From positions 40,114,001-40,178,000 of the forward strand of contig OZ024746.1 of assembly GCA_964016885.1 (NCBI GenBank): a DNA stretch of 64,000 bases, read 5' to 3'. Below the pieces are notes generated by a model that was given only the letters and a program-made list of their open reading frames with translations, did no database searches and had not been told where the DNA came from. Below, piece by piece: positions 1 to 11,702 of the stretch. The DNA comes from Eledone cirrhosa (lineage: Eukaryota). The position numbers and the translations under genes were made by a program. Numbering within the stretch: the stretch's first letter is position 1; every line of letters starts with the position of its first letter.

Positions 1-965
1 CACCCACTTACACCACCCACCCCACACGCAACTAACATCACTAACACCCCCCAACCCCACGCACACGTACCCACACACCCTCGTACACCACCAACTCTAC
101 ACACCCTACCACCACTAACCCCCACTCACACCTGCATTCAACCCCTCCCCACCTCCCGTATACTAACACCCACTAACACCTCTTCATCAAACTACACACA
201 CACCAGTACACCACACTCCCTCCATAGAACCACACACACCCTTCTCTCCCCGCTCCACCCACACCCTCGCCCCACACTCACTCATCCCACTAACACCCCT
301 ACTAATACACACACACACACCCTCCTCACTCCAACTTTCACACCTACCCATCCTCGCCCCCTTACCATTCCACCGACTGCTGCTATGCCCTCTGACCTCC
401 TACCAGCACTAACAGACCACAGCACTCCCACTGCTGACCATTTCCTGTTGCGCGCGCACCCCACATCTCTCCTCTTCCGACCACCGCTTCATGGATTACC
501 CACACGCAGAATTTGACTTACAACCAATCCACTAACATCCTTGGAACTTACCAACTTTTCAACCATCCTCTTACGTAATCACCTATATAACTCACCCACA
601 CACACACCCCAAAAACATTTTTTCTCCACACGCCACCCACACCCACAACACGCTTAAACCCCACACACACGTGCTTCCCACCACATATTTACACCCTCAG
701 CCTCCTGATTTCTCTCCCCCCACCCCCCTATCCACACACGCACAGACACTCCGACCCACAAAAACACCCCCCACACACACCTCTTCCTGAACATGCAACC
801 CCGTTCTTCCCCCAACCCTTACTTTCACATACACACACACACACACACACGCACGCACACCTACACACACACACCACCTTCAGCCCTCCCCGCTCGGACA
901 CCCCGTCTCCCTCTCCCCACTCCACCCCTACTCACCCCACACCCTTCCACCACCTGTTTACCCCC
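1..965. repeat. Degenerate C/A-rich low-complexity tract
   Basis: CAC/CCCA-rich and G-poor on the plus strand. Confidence 0.75.
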
Positions 966-1149
966 CTTTTAATTTCAGTTTATTTTGATCATGCCTTTAT
1001 TTTTAAATTTTCTCATTCCTTGTATTTTGATCATGCTTTATTTTTATTTTTTATCTTTATTTGTTTTTTTTTCATTCGCACCGTTTCCTTTCGCTATATG
1101 TCTCTCCACCACTCCCCTACACACCTTTTGAACTCTGTTCCCACACACT

Positions 1150-1230
1150 TCTCACCTGAGGAAGGGCTTATGCCCGAAACGTCGTCCCCCACCTACCCCC
1201 CACTCTCCTGAGCGTGAAATTAATAAACTT
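1150..1230 (+). mobile_element. Penelope-like pLTR end with minimal hammerhead motif
   Basis: CTGAGGA-A-GGGC-TTAT-GCCC-GAAAC-GTC followed by AATAAA at 1222. Confidence 0.6.
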
Positions 1231-1578
1231 TGTCCCTGTTCAAATTTTTCCATTATATATACATACTTATATATTGTTGGTGCGGATGCATTCATGTATA
1301 TATGTGTGTGTCCGCATGTATCTGTGTGTTTCTAAATATATTAATAACTCCCTCTGGTCGAGCAATCTTTGAAGTGTGGGGACAACTGGAAAGCTTCCAT
1401 TACTCATACTTCTCGCCTTCTTCACTACCTCTTCTGCGGCCTCGATATGAATACCCCCTCCGCCTCCGTGGTATTTTCTTCGTGGTTATAGGAGGCTTAG
1501 CTCTGTTTCTCGACCGTTATATCGCGTGACTATCTCCCCCTCCGCCTTTTGGGATTCTTTCTCACGTCGTGTAGACGC

Positions 1579-1702
1579 GTTCTTGAGACTAGTAAAATGA
1601 GGTATCCTCTTGATAAGTCGGCAGACCTCGCAAGGACTCTATATCTTTGATATATTGTTTTTGTTTATGCCACGAAACTACGTAGTCGAGGAATTTAAGA
1701 AC
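1579..1702 (+). ncRNA. Type I hammerhead ribozyme motif with U3:A8 core (copy 1)
   Basis: TCCTC-TTGATAA-GT(C)GGCA..TGCCAC-GAAA-CTACGTAG-TC-GAGGA; stems I, II and III all pair; GUC cleavage after 1687. Confidence 0.7.
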
Positions 1703-2169
1703 AGTTTAGGTATGATACATTTTATTACTAATTATATCTAAATGTTTCTTCTCTCTTCATAATGTATTTTTAACTCTGATACTGGTTCAGTCTGGTTCAA
1801 ACTGAATTGGTCTGTCCCAGTCATTCATTGAGCAACATCGGTGAAGTTGGCATCCTTAACTCACAGTTGGGTGCGGATGCATTCATGTATATATGTGTGT
1901 GTCCGCATGTATCTGTGTGTTTCTAAATATATTAATAACTCCCTCTGGTCGAGCAATCTTTGAAGTGTGGGGACAACTGGAAAGCTTCCATTACTCATAC
2001 TTCTCGCCTTCTTCACTACCTCTTCTGCGGCCTCGATATGAATACCCCCTCCGCCTCCGTGGTATTTTCTTCGTGGTTATAGGAGGCTTAGCTCTGTTTC
2101 TCGACCGTTATATCGCGTGACTATCTCCCCCTCCGCCTTTTGGGATTCTTTCTCACGTCGTGTAGACGC

Positions 2170-2293
2170 GTTCTTGAGACTAGTAAAATGAGGTATCCTC
2201 TTGATAAGTCGGCAGACCTCGCAAGGACTCTATATCTTTGATATATTGTTTTTGTTTATGCCACGAAACTACGTAGTCGAGGAATTTAAGAAC
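2170..2293 (+). ncRNA. Type I hammerhead ribozyme motif with U3:A8 core (copy 2)
   Basis: Same as copy 1 shifted by 591; cleavage after 2278. Confidence 0.7.
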
Positions 2294-2522
2294 AGTTTAG
2301 GTATGATACATTTTATTACTAATTATATCTAAATGTTTCTTCTCTCTTCATAATGTATTTTTAACTCTGATACTGGTTCAGTCTGGTTCAAACTGAATTG
2401 GTCTGTCCCAGTCATTCATTGAGCAACATCGGTGAAGTTGGCACCCTTAACTCACAGTTGGGTGCGGATGCATTCATGTATATATGTGTGTGTCCGCATG
2501 TATCTGTGTGTTTCTAAATATA

Positions 2523-2580
<58 letters not shown>

Positions 2581-2599
2581 CTTATATATATATATATAT

Positions 2600-4687
2600 A
2601 TCATCATCATCATCATCATCATCATCAACGTTTAACGTCCGTGTTCCACGCTTGCATGGGTTTGGACGGGGGTAGTCCCACTTGAGGCAAGAGTGATTGT
2701 CTTGCTCGCATAGGACTATCTGGCAGGTTTTCTACAGTTGGATGCCCTTCCTAACACCAACCACATTTACAGTGTGGGTCCGGGAGGTTTTTACCATGTT
2801 GCCTACACGGCCACATTACAGCGTGGACTGTGTTTTTTTTGTCGTGACACCTACACGATCTCATTTGTTTCAGCCTGGATGGCGCGGCACCAACATAACT
2901 TTACATAGAACGGGGTGGTGTGAGGGTGGGGGGGTGGGACGGGGTGTATTTTGTTAGAGATGCCTACTGGCTGTAGTAGGTTTTACTATGTATTTAGGTA
3001 AGGCGGGTCTTCTCTGTTACTGAGTACCGCCAAAGGTCTCGGTCCAGTGACATTGTCTTGGTGAGGTCGGAGTTTATCAGCTCGTCCCAGGTTTTTCTAG
3101 GTCTGCCTATTCCGTGGCTACCGTCTATCTTTATTGCCCTGCACTTTGTTATACAGCTATCGACTTTCATGCGCATCACGTGTCCATACCAACGTAGCCT
3201 TCTCTCGAGTAAACAACATCTGATCCCTCTTATTTCTAATTTTTTCCTTAGTTCGTTTATGCTTTGCCGTTCACGTATATTACTGTTACACATCCAGCGG
3301 AGCATGCAAGCTTCGTTCCTCTCTAGTCTGCGTATATCCTCTGCACACAATGCCCATGTCTCACTGCCATGCAACATTGCTGTTCGTATGCAGGCAAGGG
3401 AGAACCCTTTAGCGGCTAATAGTGGTATAAGCTCTCTGAACTTTTTCCAACCAGTTCTGACTCTAGCTACTGTACTTTCAGAGCACCCTCCCCCACTGCT
3501 GATTTTATCGCCCAGGTAACGGAAGCTGTCCACTATTTCTATAGAACCCTCTGCGCAATTGAAAGAGCTAGTATTTTGTGGGCACTTGCTGCTACTTATT
3601 GCACCAGAGCACCGACCACATGTAAAATCTATGTTCTTAGTTAGCTTACCTGTGATCCCACTACATCTTTTATGCACCCGTACTTTGCATTTAGGACATA
3701 AAATGGAGTTTCTACCTACGCCTTTCCTACACACCGAGCACGACCATTTCCCAGAAGGGACCGCCGCCTTATTTTCTTTCCTACAAACTAGAACTTTAGT
3801 CTTAGCCAGGTTAATTTTAAGTCCTTTTGATTCTAGGCCGTGCTTCCATGTTTGGAATTTCTTCTCTTGCTCGGCCATTGATTCCGCTATGAGTGTCAGG
3901 TCGTCTGCGTATAGGAGTTCCCATGGGCAGCCGGTCTTGAACTCCTCTGTTATAGCCTGAAGGGCAATAATAAATAGTAGGGGGCTGAGAACAGAGCCCT
4001 GATGGACGCCAACTTTTACGCTAAACTCTTCACTATATTCGTTGTTAATTCTAACCTTGCTGACTGTTTCTTTATACATGGCTTGTATAGCCCTCACAAG
4101 CCATTCGTCAACGCCTAGTTTTCTAAGAGCCCACCAGATAATGGAGCGGGGGACTCTGTCGAAGGCTTTCTCCAAGTCGACAAAAGCTAAGTAGAGGGGT
4201 TTACCTTTAGCTAGGTACTTCTCCTGTAGTTGTCGTACAATGAAAAGAGCGTCTGTGGTACTTTTGCCTGACACAAACCCGAACTGCATTTCATCTAGGT
4301 CAATTCTCTCTCTGATTAGTTGCGCTATTACTTTTTCCGTGACCTTCATGACCTGGTCGATTAATTTAATGCCTCTATAGTTACTCCTATCTAGGGCGTC
4401 TCCTTTACCCTTATAACAGTTAACGATGATGCTGCTATGCCAGTCCTTCGGAACAACCCCATTCTGTACGACTTGGTTAACTATGCGGGTGACCATGGTG
4501 TGTCCCACCGTGCCAGATGCCTTCAGCATCTCAGCAACTATTTCCGAAGGCCCAGCCGCCTTACCCGTCTTCATATCCTTGATTGCCTTACTTATTATAC
4601 TACCCTCGACTAACACTGCTGGTCCCTCTGTTGGGTCGATATGGGGGAGACTGTCTTTCTCCCATTTATTCTCCTCATTTAGTAGCC

Positions 4688-4691
<4 letters not shown>
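2600..4691 (-). mobile_element. 5'-truncated RTE-clade LINE (RT, PHD finger, 3' UTR, (TGA)n tail)
   Basis: RT motifs NYRGIKL, QFGF, DLEKAFDRV, QGSVLSP, YADD, FRYLG; RTE C-terminus RLRWYGHVMR..GRPRKTW; two small in-frame deletions. Confidence 0.95.
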
Positions 4692-4729
<38 letters not shown>

Positions 4730-4773
4730 GTATAAATACATATATATATATATATATATATCTGTATAAATAC

Positions 4774-4864
<91 letters not shown>

Positions 4865-4965
4865 CGTGCGTGTGTATGAATGTATATGTGTGTGTGTGTG
4901 TGTATATATATATATAATACTGAAACGAAGCTATCGAATATATATATATATATATATATATATAC
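4692..4965. repeat. Compound (TA)n/(TG)n microsatellite
   Basis: Direct reading. Confidence 0.95.
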
Positions 4966-5375
4966 GTTTTGTTTGTGTTGAGTGTGTTTTTAATTCTAAT
5001 CCTTTTTAACCGTTCTTCCATATTCTGCCTCTTCCGTTCACTTACATGAATTCTTCCACTTCAAAAGTACATAATATTCCTTGAATTTCAGTGTTCTATG
5101 TTAGAGATCTTATTTGTTCTGTTTTTGTTGGGGTGTTTTTATGTGATTTTAACACCACCCTATCACTCATCTACATAGCCCATTGCAGTGTGTGGTCTTG
5201 CGTGTTCTTAACTAGATTTCAAAGTTCTTGGAATATCTGCCCCTTATTCCTATGTCGGATATCTCAAGAATAGTGTCAGCGAAAATATTAAATAACTAAA
5301 TAACAGACTTTTTCTTTTTCTTTTTCTTTTTTTTTTTTTTCTTTTTTTTTTTTTTGTAGTTTATTAGCGTGTTAA

Positions 5376-5530
5376 GGCGGTGGATTGGCAGAGTCGTTAG
5401 ATTGTCAATAGAATACTTTGTGGTATTCGTTTCCGCTCTCTGGTCTCCGAGATCAAATCCTGCCAAGGTCAACTTTGCTTTTCATCCATTCGAGGTCGAT
5501 TAAAAAGTAGCAGTCAAGTACTGAACTCGA
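5376..5530 (+). mobile_element. tRNA-derived SINE with Meta-like core (GCCTTTCATCC..GGTCGATAAA..GTACCAG); many further copies
   Basis: A/B-box head GGCGGTGGATTGGCAG..GAG(T)TCAAATCC; copies at 9481-9669, 13195-13390, 14850-14965, 15960-16170, 21720-21860, 43702-43893, 46796-46990, 47010-47200 and 62070-62160. Confidence 0.8.
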
Positions 5531-6376
5531 TTCTTCCTCTATATTTCTTTCTCACTTCCTTTCTCTCTCTTTCTAATCCTTCTCTGGAAGAAATCTGTTG
5601 TATCTCAGATATAATAGCTGCAGTACTCAACTACGGGTTTCTTTTGAGTTTTGTTGTAAACACTCGTTAGCTTTGGAGATGAATTTTATATTTTTCATGT
5701 AATTATTCGTTTGCTAGTTGACTGGCGAAGAGGACCCCACCTCTTATCACGCACAGACCCGAAAACTTCGATGGTGCCCTGCTTCAGTTATATATATGAC
5801 CAAAAAAATGGTTTCCGACTGATTTGACGATCAGATTCATTCAAAACATCAAAAACCATAAGAAAAGCATAAATTTCACTTCCATAACGAGACGGGTGTA
5901 ATTGTAAAAAATTAGCAAATATATTAGCAATCTATCGGCTAGGCTGCAGTGTGAGAAGAGTCGTAAAGACTACACACAAGGAACATATCTCTAGAAAGGT
6001 TTGTAATCTCCTCATAAAAACATAAAACTGATAAGCTACTGGAAGACACTGAAAACAAACCGATATACAGCACAAAACAGAAATTAACAAGTCGCCATTC
6101 AGTATAAAGGGACGCAACTCATATGAAATAAATAGCATAAGGAGATTTTGTTCAGTGCATTAGTTTATTAGAAATCCTTAGTCGATAGGCACCCATGTAC
6201 ACACGCGTGTGTGTATATATGTGCGTGTGTGTGTATGTGTATGTGTGTCTGTGTGTGTGTCTGTGTGTGTGTGTGTATGTGTGTGTGTAAAATAGTTTAG
6301 ATGAGTTGATAACACAACCATATAAAGGCAAAGAATAATTCAAAGCTCAAATATATTGGGGTATATATATATACAT

Positions 6377-7487
6377 ATCATCATCATCATCATCATCAGG
6401 TTTAGCGTCCGTGTTCCACGCTTGCATGGGTTTGGACGGGGGTTTTCCCACTTGAGGCAAGAGTGGTTGTCTTGCTCGCATAGGACTGTCTGGCGGGTTT
6501 TCTACAGTTGGATGCCCTTCCTAACACCAACCACATTTACAGTGTGGGGCTGGGAGGTTTTTACCGTGTTGCCTACACGGCCACATTACAGCGTGGACTG
6601 TCTGGCGGGTTTTCTACAGCTGGATGCCCTTCCTAACACCAACCACATTTACAGTGTGGGGCTGGGAGGTTTTTACCGTGTTGCCTACACGGCCACATTT
6701 ACAGCGTGGACTGTGTGTTTTTTGTCGTGACACCTACACGATCTCATTTGTTTCGGCCTGGATGTTGTGGGACCAACATAACTTTACATTGAAAGGGGCG
6801 GTGTGGGTGGGGTGGAGGGGTGGTGGGACGGGGGTGTGTTTTGATAGAGATGCCTACTGACTGTAGTAGGTTTTTACTTTGTATTTAGGTAAGGCGGGTC
6901 TTCTCTATTACTGAGTACCGCCAAAGGTCTCGGTCCAGTGACATTGTCTTGGAGAGGTGTAAGCGTGTGAGGTCGGAATTTATCAGCTCGTCCCATGTTT
7001 TTCTGGGTCTGCCTACTCCGTGGCTACCGTCTATCTTTATTGCCCTGCACTTTGTTATACAGCTGTCGTCTTTCATGCGCATCACGTGACCGTATCAACG
7101 TAGCCTTCTCTCGAGTAAACAACATCTGATCCCTCTTATTTCTAATTTTTTCCTTAGTTCGTTTATGCTTTGCCGTTCACGTATATTACTATTGCACATC
7201 CAGCGGAGCATGCAAGCTTCGTTCCTCTCTAGTCTACGTATATCCTCTGCACACAATGCCCAGGTCTCACTGCCATGCAGCATTGCTGTTCGTATGCAGG
7301 CATCGTATAACCTGCCTTTCATTTTTAGGGAGAACCCTCTAGCGGCTAATAGTGGTATAAGCTCTCTGAACTTTTTCCATCCAGTTCTGACTCTAGCTAC
7401 TGTACTTTCAGAGCACCCTCCCCCACTGCTGATTTTGTCACCCAGATAACGGAAGCTGTCCACTATTTCTATAGAACCCTCTGCGCA
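6377..7487 (-). mobile_element. 5'-truncated RTE LINE, same family; internal stop and ~110-bp duplication in the 3' UTR
   Basis: Near-identical to 2600-3557; TGG>TGA at about 7095. Confidence 0.93.
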
Positions 7488-7552
7488 GTATATATATACA
7501 TATGTGAGTATATATATACATATGTGAGTATATATATATACATATATGTGAG

Positions 7553-7594
<42 letters not shown>

Positions 7595-7697
7595 TGTGTG
7601 TGTATTATTTGTTTGTTAAAATAATCAAATTAAATTAATTCAACAGTTAAACACACATAGGAATAATAAGGTGTTACCAAAGAGCCAGAAGATTGAC

Positions 7698-8129
7698 AGG
7701 TCGACCCTAAATATGACTAATAGCTCTAGGAAACCAATGACTTTGATTTTGAAAGTAGATTTATAATTATTAAATTTCACTATACCCTTGTAAGTGTCTC
7801 GGCGGCCTAGCTGGAAGAATCATAGACGGTGGTGATCCTGGCCTGAAGTTCGATCATGGTAGGGAGTAGGATTCCCGGTAAACAATTTCTTTTTTTTCCT
7901 GTGGGATATAAAATAAAACTGAAAAAGAATACATGCACCTGTCGACCAGGATTGAACCCAAGGCCAGGGTCTCCACCGTCTCTAGTACCTACCGCTAGGC
8001 CATTGAGACAACTACGAAAATCCTATGAAAATTCATACTTATAAACCTATTTTCAAAATTTTCAAAACAAAATCATTTGGTGTCGTCCATGTCTTTCTTA
8101 CTGCTATTGCTCCTACTTAAGGTCGACTT
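7698..8129. mobile_element. Palindromic MITE with tRNA-like sequence in both arms
   Basis: ~170-bp imperfect inverted arms starting AGGTCGACC / ending GGTCGACTT; each arm has A-box and B-box-like motifs. Confidence 0.7.
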
Positions 8130-8373
8130 ATAAATCATTTGGGTGTTCCATAAACTACTTCCTCGTTTTGTTTCTCAGCTATCTAGACTATATTTTAACC
8201 TGCAATCCATGTTTCATTTATGTGATCATAGAGTATGGCTATATTATAAAGAGTCGGGCCTGACAGCTGAGCTCTTGCTGTTTGAATAGCTAGTTCCAGA
8301 CTCATATGTGCATGTGTGTACATATGTGTATGTATGTGTGTTAATGTTTGTATATGCACATTATATATATATA

Positions 8374-9131
8374 ATCATCATCACCGTTTTACGTCCGTTC
8401 TTCCACGCTAGCATGGGTTAGACGGGTTGTCCTGTTGTGGGCAGTGTCCAGTCCATTGACCTTGTCTTGCTCATACAGGAACTGATTCTGGCTTGATTTC
8501 TACAGCTGGATGCCCTTCCTAACACCAACCTTATTTACAGTGTGGGCTGGGTGCGTTTTTGCCGTGGCACTTCCACGACCACTTTGCAGTGGGAGGGTGT
8601 GGGGGCATATTGTCTATATGCTTCAGCTTCGGCTTGTACCCGTGGGGGGGGGGGTCGGGTCTTCTGTATTACTGCGTGACGCCAGAGGTTACGGTCGTGT
8701 GTCATCGCCTTTGAGAGGTGTAATTGGGTAAGGTCGGCTTTTATCACCTCATCCCAAGTCTTCTTGGGTCTCCCCACTCTGCGGTTTCCTTCGACTTCTA
8801 GTGCTCTGCACCTTTTTATGCAGCTGTCACCCTTCATACGCATCACATGTCCATACCAACGCAACCTCCTCTCCTTCACACAGTATTTGATTCCTCTTAT
8901 GTTCAGTCACTTTCTCAATTCGTTTATGCTTCGCCGTTCGCGTATATTACTATTACACATCCATCGGAGCATGCAAGCTTCGTTTCTTTCTAATCTACAC
9001 AAGTCTTCTACAGACAGCGCCCAGGTCTCACTACCATGTAACATTGCTGTTCGTATACATGCATCATACAGTCTGCCTTTCGTTTTGAGAGAAAAGCCTT
9101 TTGCAGCTAGCAGTGGCAGTAGCTCCTTTCT
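8374..9131 (-). mobile_element. 5'-truncated RTE LINE, related subfamily
   Basis: KGFSLKTKGRLYDAC..RRLRWYGHVMR..GRPKKTW; (TGA)n tail. Confidence 0.9.
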
Positions 9132-9480
9132 AATGCATTGTATGGTTTTCAAAATTTGTGTTTCCTATTCAACAATACTTCAAGCAAACTGCAACACTGT
9201 TATATATTAGGCACCTCTTAACTCAGTGTACACGCCACCGCCACACCCTACCTCTTTCGTTCCATCCACTCTGTCGATAACAAAACAGTCCACACTGTAA
9301 ATGTGGTTGGTGTTAGGAAGGGCATCCAGCTGTAAAAAAAAAAAAAAAAACCTGCCAGAGACGCTTCCGTGCGAGCGAGACATGGTCTCCCAACCAGTCC
9401 CGCATCGAATGGAACAAAACCGCCTAACCCATGCTAGCGTGGAAGATGAACGTTAAACGATGATGATGATGATATATATA

Positions 9481-9669
9481 ATTGTTTCTACTTTAGGCAC
9501 AAGGCCAGCAAATACCCAGTGCATTACTGGTACTTTATTTTATCGACCCCGTAAGGATGAAAGGCAAAGTCAACCTCGGCGGGATTTGAACTCAGATCGT
9601 AAAGGGACGTAACTCTATGCTTCAAAGCATGGCGTCCGACCCTCTACCGATACTGCCAATCCACCGCCC
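9481..9669 (-). mobile_element. Near full-length copy of the Meta-like tRNA SINE
   Basis: Intact head, core and GTGCCTAAAGTAGAAAC tail. Confidence 0.8.
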
Positions 9670-10363
9670 ATTATATATATATATATAATACTAATAAAAA
9701 GGACAAGGTATTAGATCTCCATTACATTTATTGAGGTGTGATGTGCGTTTCGCAATTGATCAGCTCAGGGATCAATCTGTATGAACTCTGGAATCAAAAG
9801 CTCGTCGGACTTCTATGGTAATGACAGAATACTATATATATATATATATATAGTCATGTTATGTATGTATGCGAAAAGTAAAGGAACACATATCTATATC
9901 CCCAACTGACTGAACACATGCTTTTTCTCCAAACGTTTTTTTTTGTTTTTTTTCCGTTCCTTTCTCTTCTCACTCTCTTTTTCTTTTATTTCTCATTGTA
10001 TCTTCTGATGAAGGACTAGTGTCCAAAACTTTAAGACTGTTCCTACTATATAAAACATTTTCAGTGTACTGTGTTGTTTGTTTTGTTGACGAAGGACCAT
10101 GTCAAGTGGAGGGATGCTGTGCTTAATAGGATCCGTCAAACCCTTGCAAGCAGGGAAGAGCGGACATAAAATGATGATGATGATGATATATATATAATCA
10201 TCCTCATCATAATCATTATTTTATATCTACTTTTCCATGTTTGCATGGTTGGTCGTTTTCAACACAGCATCTCTCCATTGTCCGACACATTGAATCTCTT
10301 TTCTTCTCTTCCAAGCGTGAAAGTAATAAAGTAATAAGATTATATATACGTGCTTGTATATAT

Positions 10364-10397
<34 letters not shown>

Positions 10398-11664
10398 GCA
10401 TATGGTAGACATGGATACAATTCAATTCAAGCACTCGACATCATGTTACTTCTTTAAAAAAAAGGATGATGGAGTATAATTAGAATGAAGAAAATGAAAA
10501 GTTGTAGATGTTAAAAAGCTCTTTCGTAATAAGGCCAGACAACCCCAGCAAAACATGTTTTTAGTCCACTCCCTTACACCCATGATTGCCTCGGAAACAA
10601 CCTTTTACTCAATTTTGCTGTCTAATGAAATCACGATAATGGCTAAATAATCAAGTGACCATGATCATCATTGAAATATGTATCACAGCCTTATTAATAA
10701 AGTACACTCTAACATCTACAACTTCGCATTTTCCTCATTCTATATATATATATATATGCAAGCATGGAAAAACAGACATTAAACGATGATGATATATATA
10801 TATTCCATTTTATTATGGCTAAATTGTGAGTCTTATTACTCTGGACTTTCACCTGCATGTTCACAGGGTCATCAGACTAATTTATATAACATGACAGATT
10901 TCAGCAATTTCTTCTCAACGAAATTTCACTCATAAAGCATTGATCAATCAGATGATATGGCAGGCACCACTTACCCAAGGCCCAAGGTGCTAGGCTATGT
11001 AATTGATCTTGGGCCCAGTTGGGTTGCAAAGCAAACTTAAACACATAATGTAAATAAAATGCATAGTTAAGCTTCAATTTGAAATCCCATTAGATCTGAC
11101 ATGAACTTTCCCATGATTATCTCTGTAACAATTTTCAGCATTTAACGATTTTTTTTTCTGCTAGCAAATGTTGCACGGGTCATCACAGATGAAGTCAGTA
11201 TTTACATCAGGAGCTAATCACCTTTTTAAGGGATGGGGAGCCTGCTAATTGCTTACATACGTTCCCACACTTTACAAACTGCACTGGTGGAGGCAGAGGG
11301 GAGGGGGGGGGGGTCAAGTCTTCAACACAGCCAAAGAGTGCTCCCAACACTTTGTTAGGCAGGTAGGTTTTCTAGTTGGATGCCCTTCCTATCACATGTC
11401 TATTGATTTTCATAATTAACCCTGTTTTAAATTGTTTGTATCTATCTATGCAAAATGATTTATAAAAGTATGAAGTATAATGAAACAAGCTTCAAGTTTC
11501 CATAATTTCTTTATTTGCTATCAGATACATTAACAGGTAGTAGTATAAGCAATCTATTCTTTTTTTTTCTTTTCCCTTTTTTATGCATTTTTGTTTGTTG
11601 TGATATAAAATATCCATGCCGTGTCAAATAAAGCATATTAACTTGAGTTAGAGTCCCACATGGG

Positions 11665-11702
11665 TTAATAGTTACGAGGATTCCTGTTAGGACGACGACC
11701 CA
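11665..11702 (-). CDS. EIF3C: eIF3c last coding exon ([12 protein letters not shown])
   Basis: Strong acceptor (ttttttttgcag), phase-1 match, TAA at 11667-11665; AATAAA on the minus strand at 11515-11510. Confidence 0.85.

Larger units (their letters stand above)
1276..2521 (+). repeat. 591-bp tandem array (2 units plus ~63 nt), one hammerhead-like motif per unit; retrozyme/Penelope-pLTR-like
   Basis: TGCGGATGCATTC recurs at 1281, 1872 and 2463 (period 591); the units are near-identical. Confidence 0.85.

Noticed and set aside
1893-2120. 75-aa hydrophobic ORF inside the 591-bp unit
   Set aside because: It starts in a microsatellite-like stretch and has no recognisable homology; it repeats only because of the duplication.
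3058-3960. Plus-strand ORFs overlapping the RTE (also 7165-7449 and 52381-53526)
   Set aside because: These are antisense shadows of the RT ORF with no independent homology.
4692-5021. N-terminal extension of the 675-aa RT ORF
   Set aside because: This is chance read-through of TA/TG microsatellite into a 5'-truncated RTE.
7945-8010. tRNA gene
   Set aside because: It has A/B boxes but no convincing cloverleaf; it is part of a palindromic repeat.
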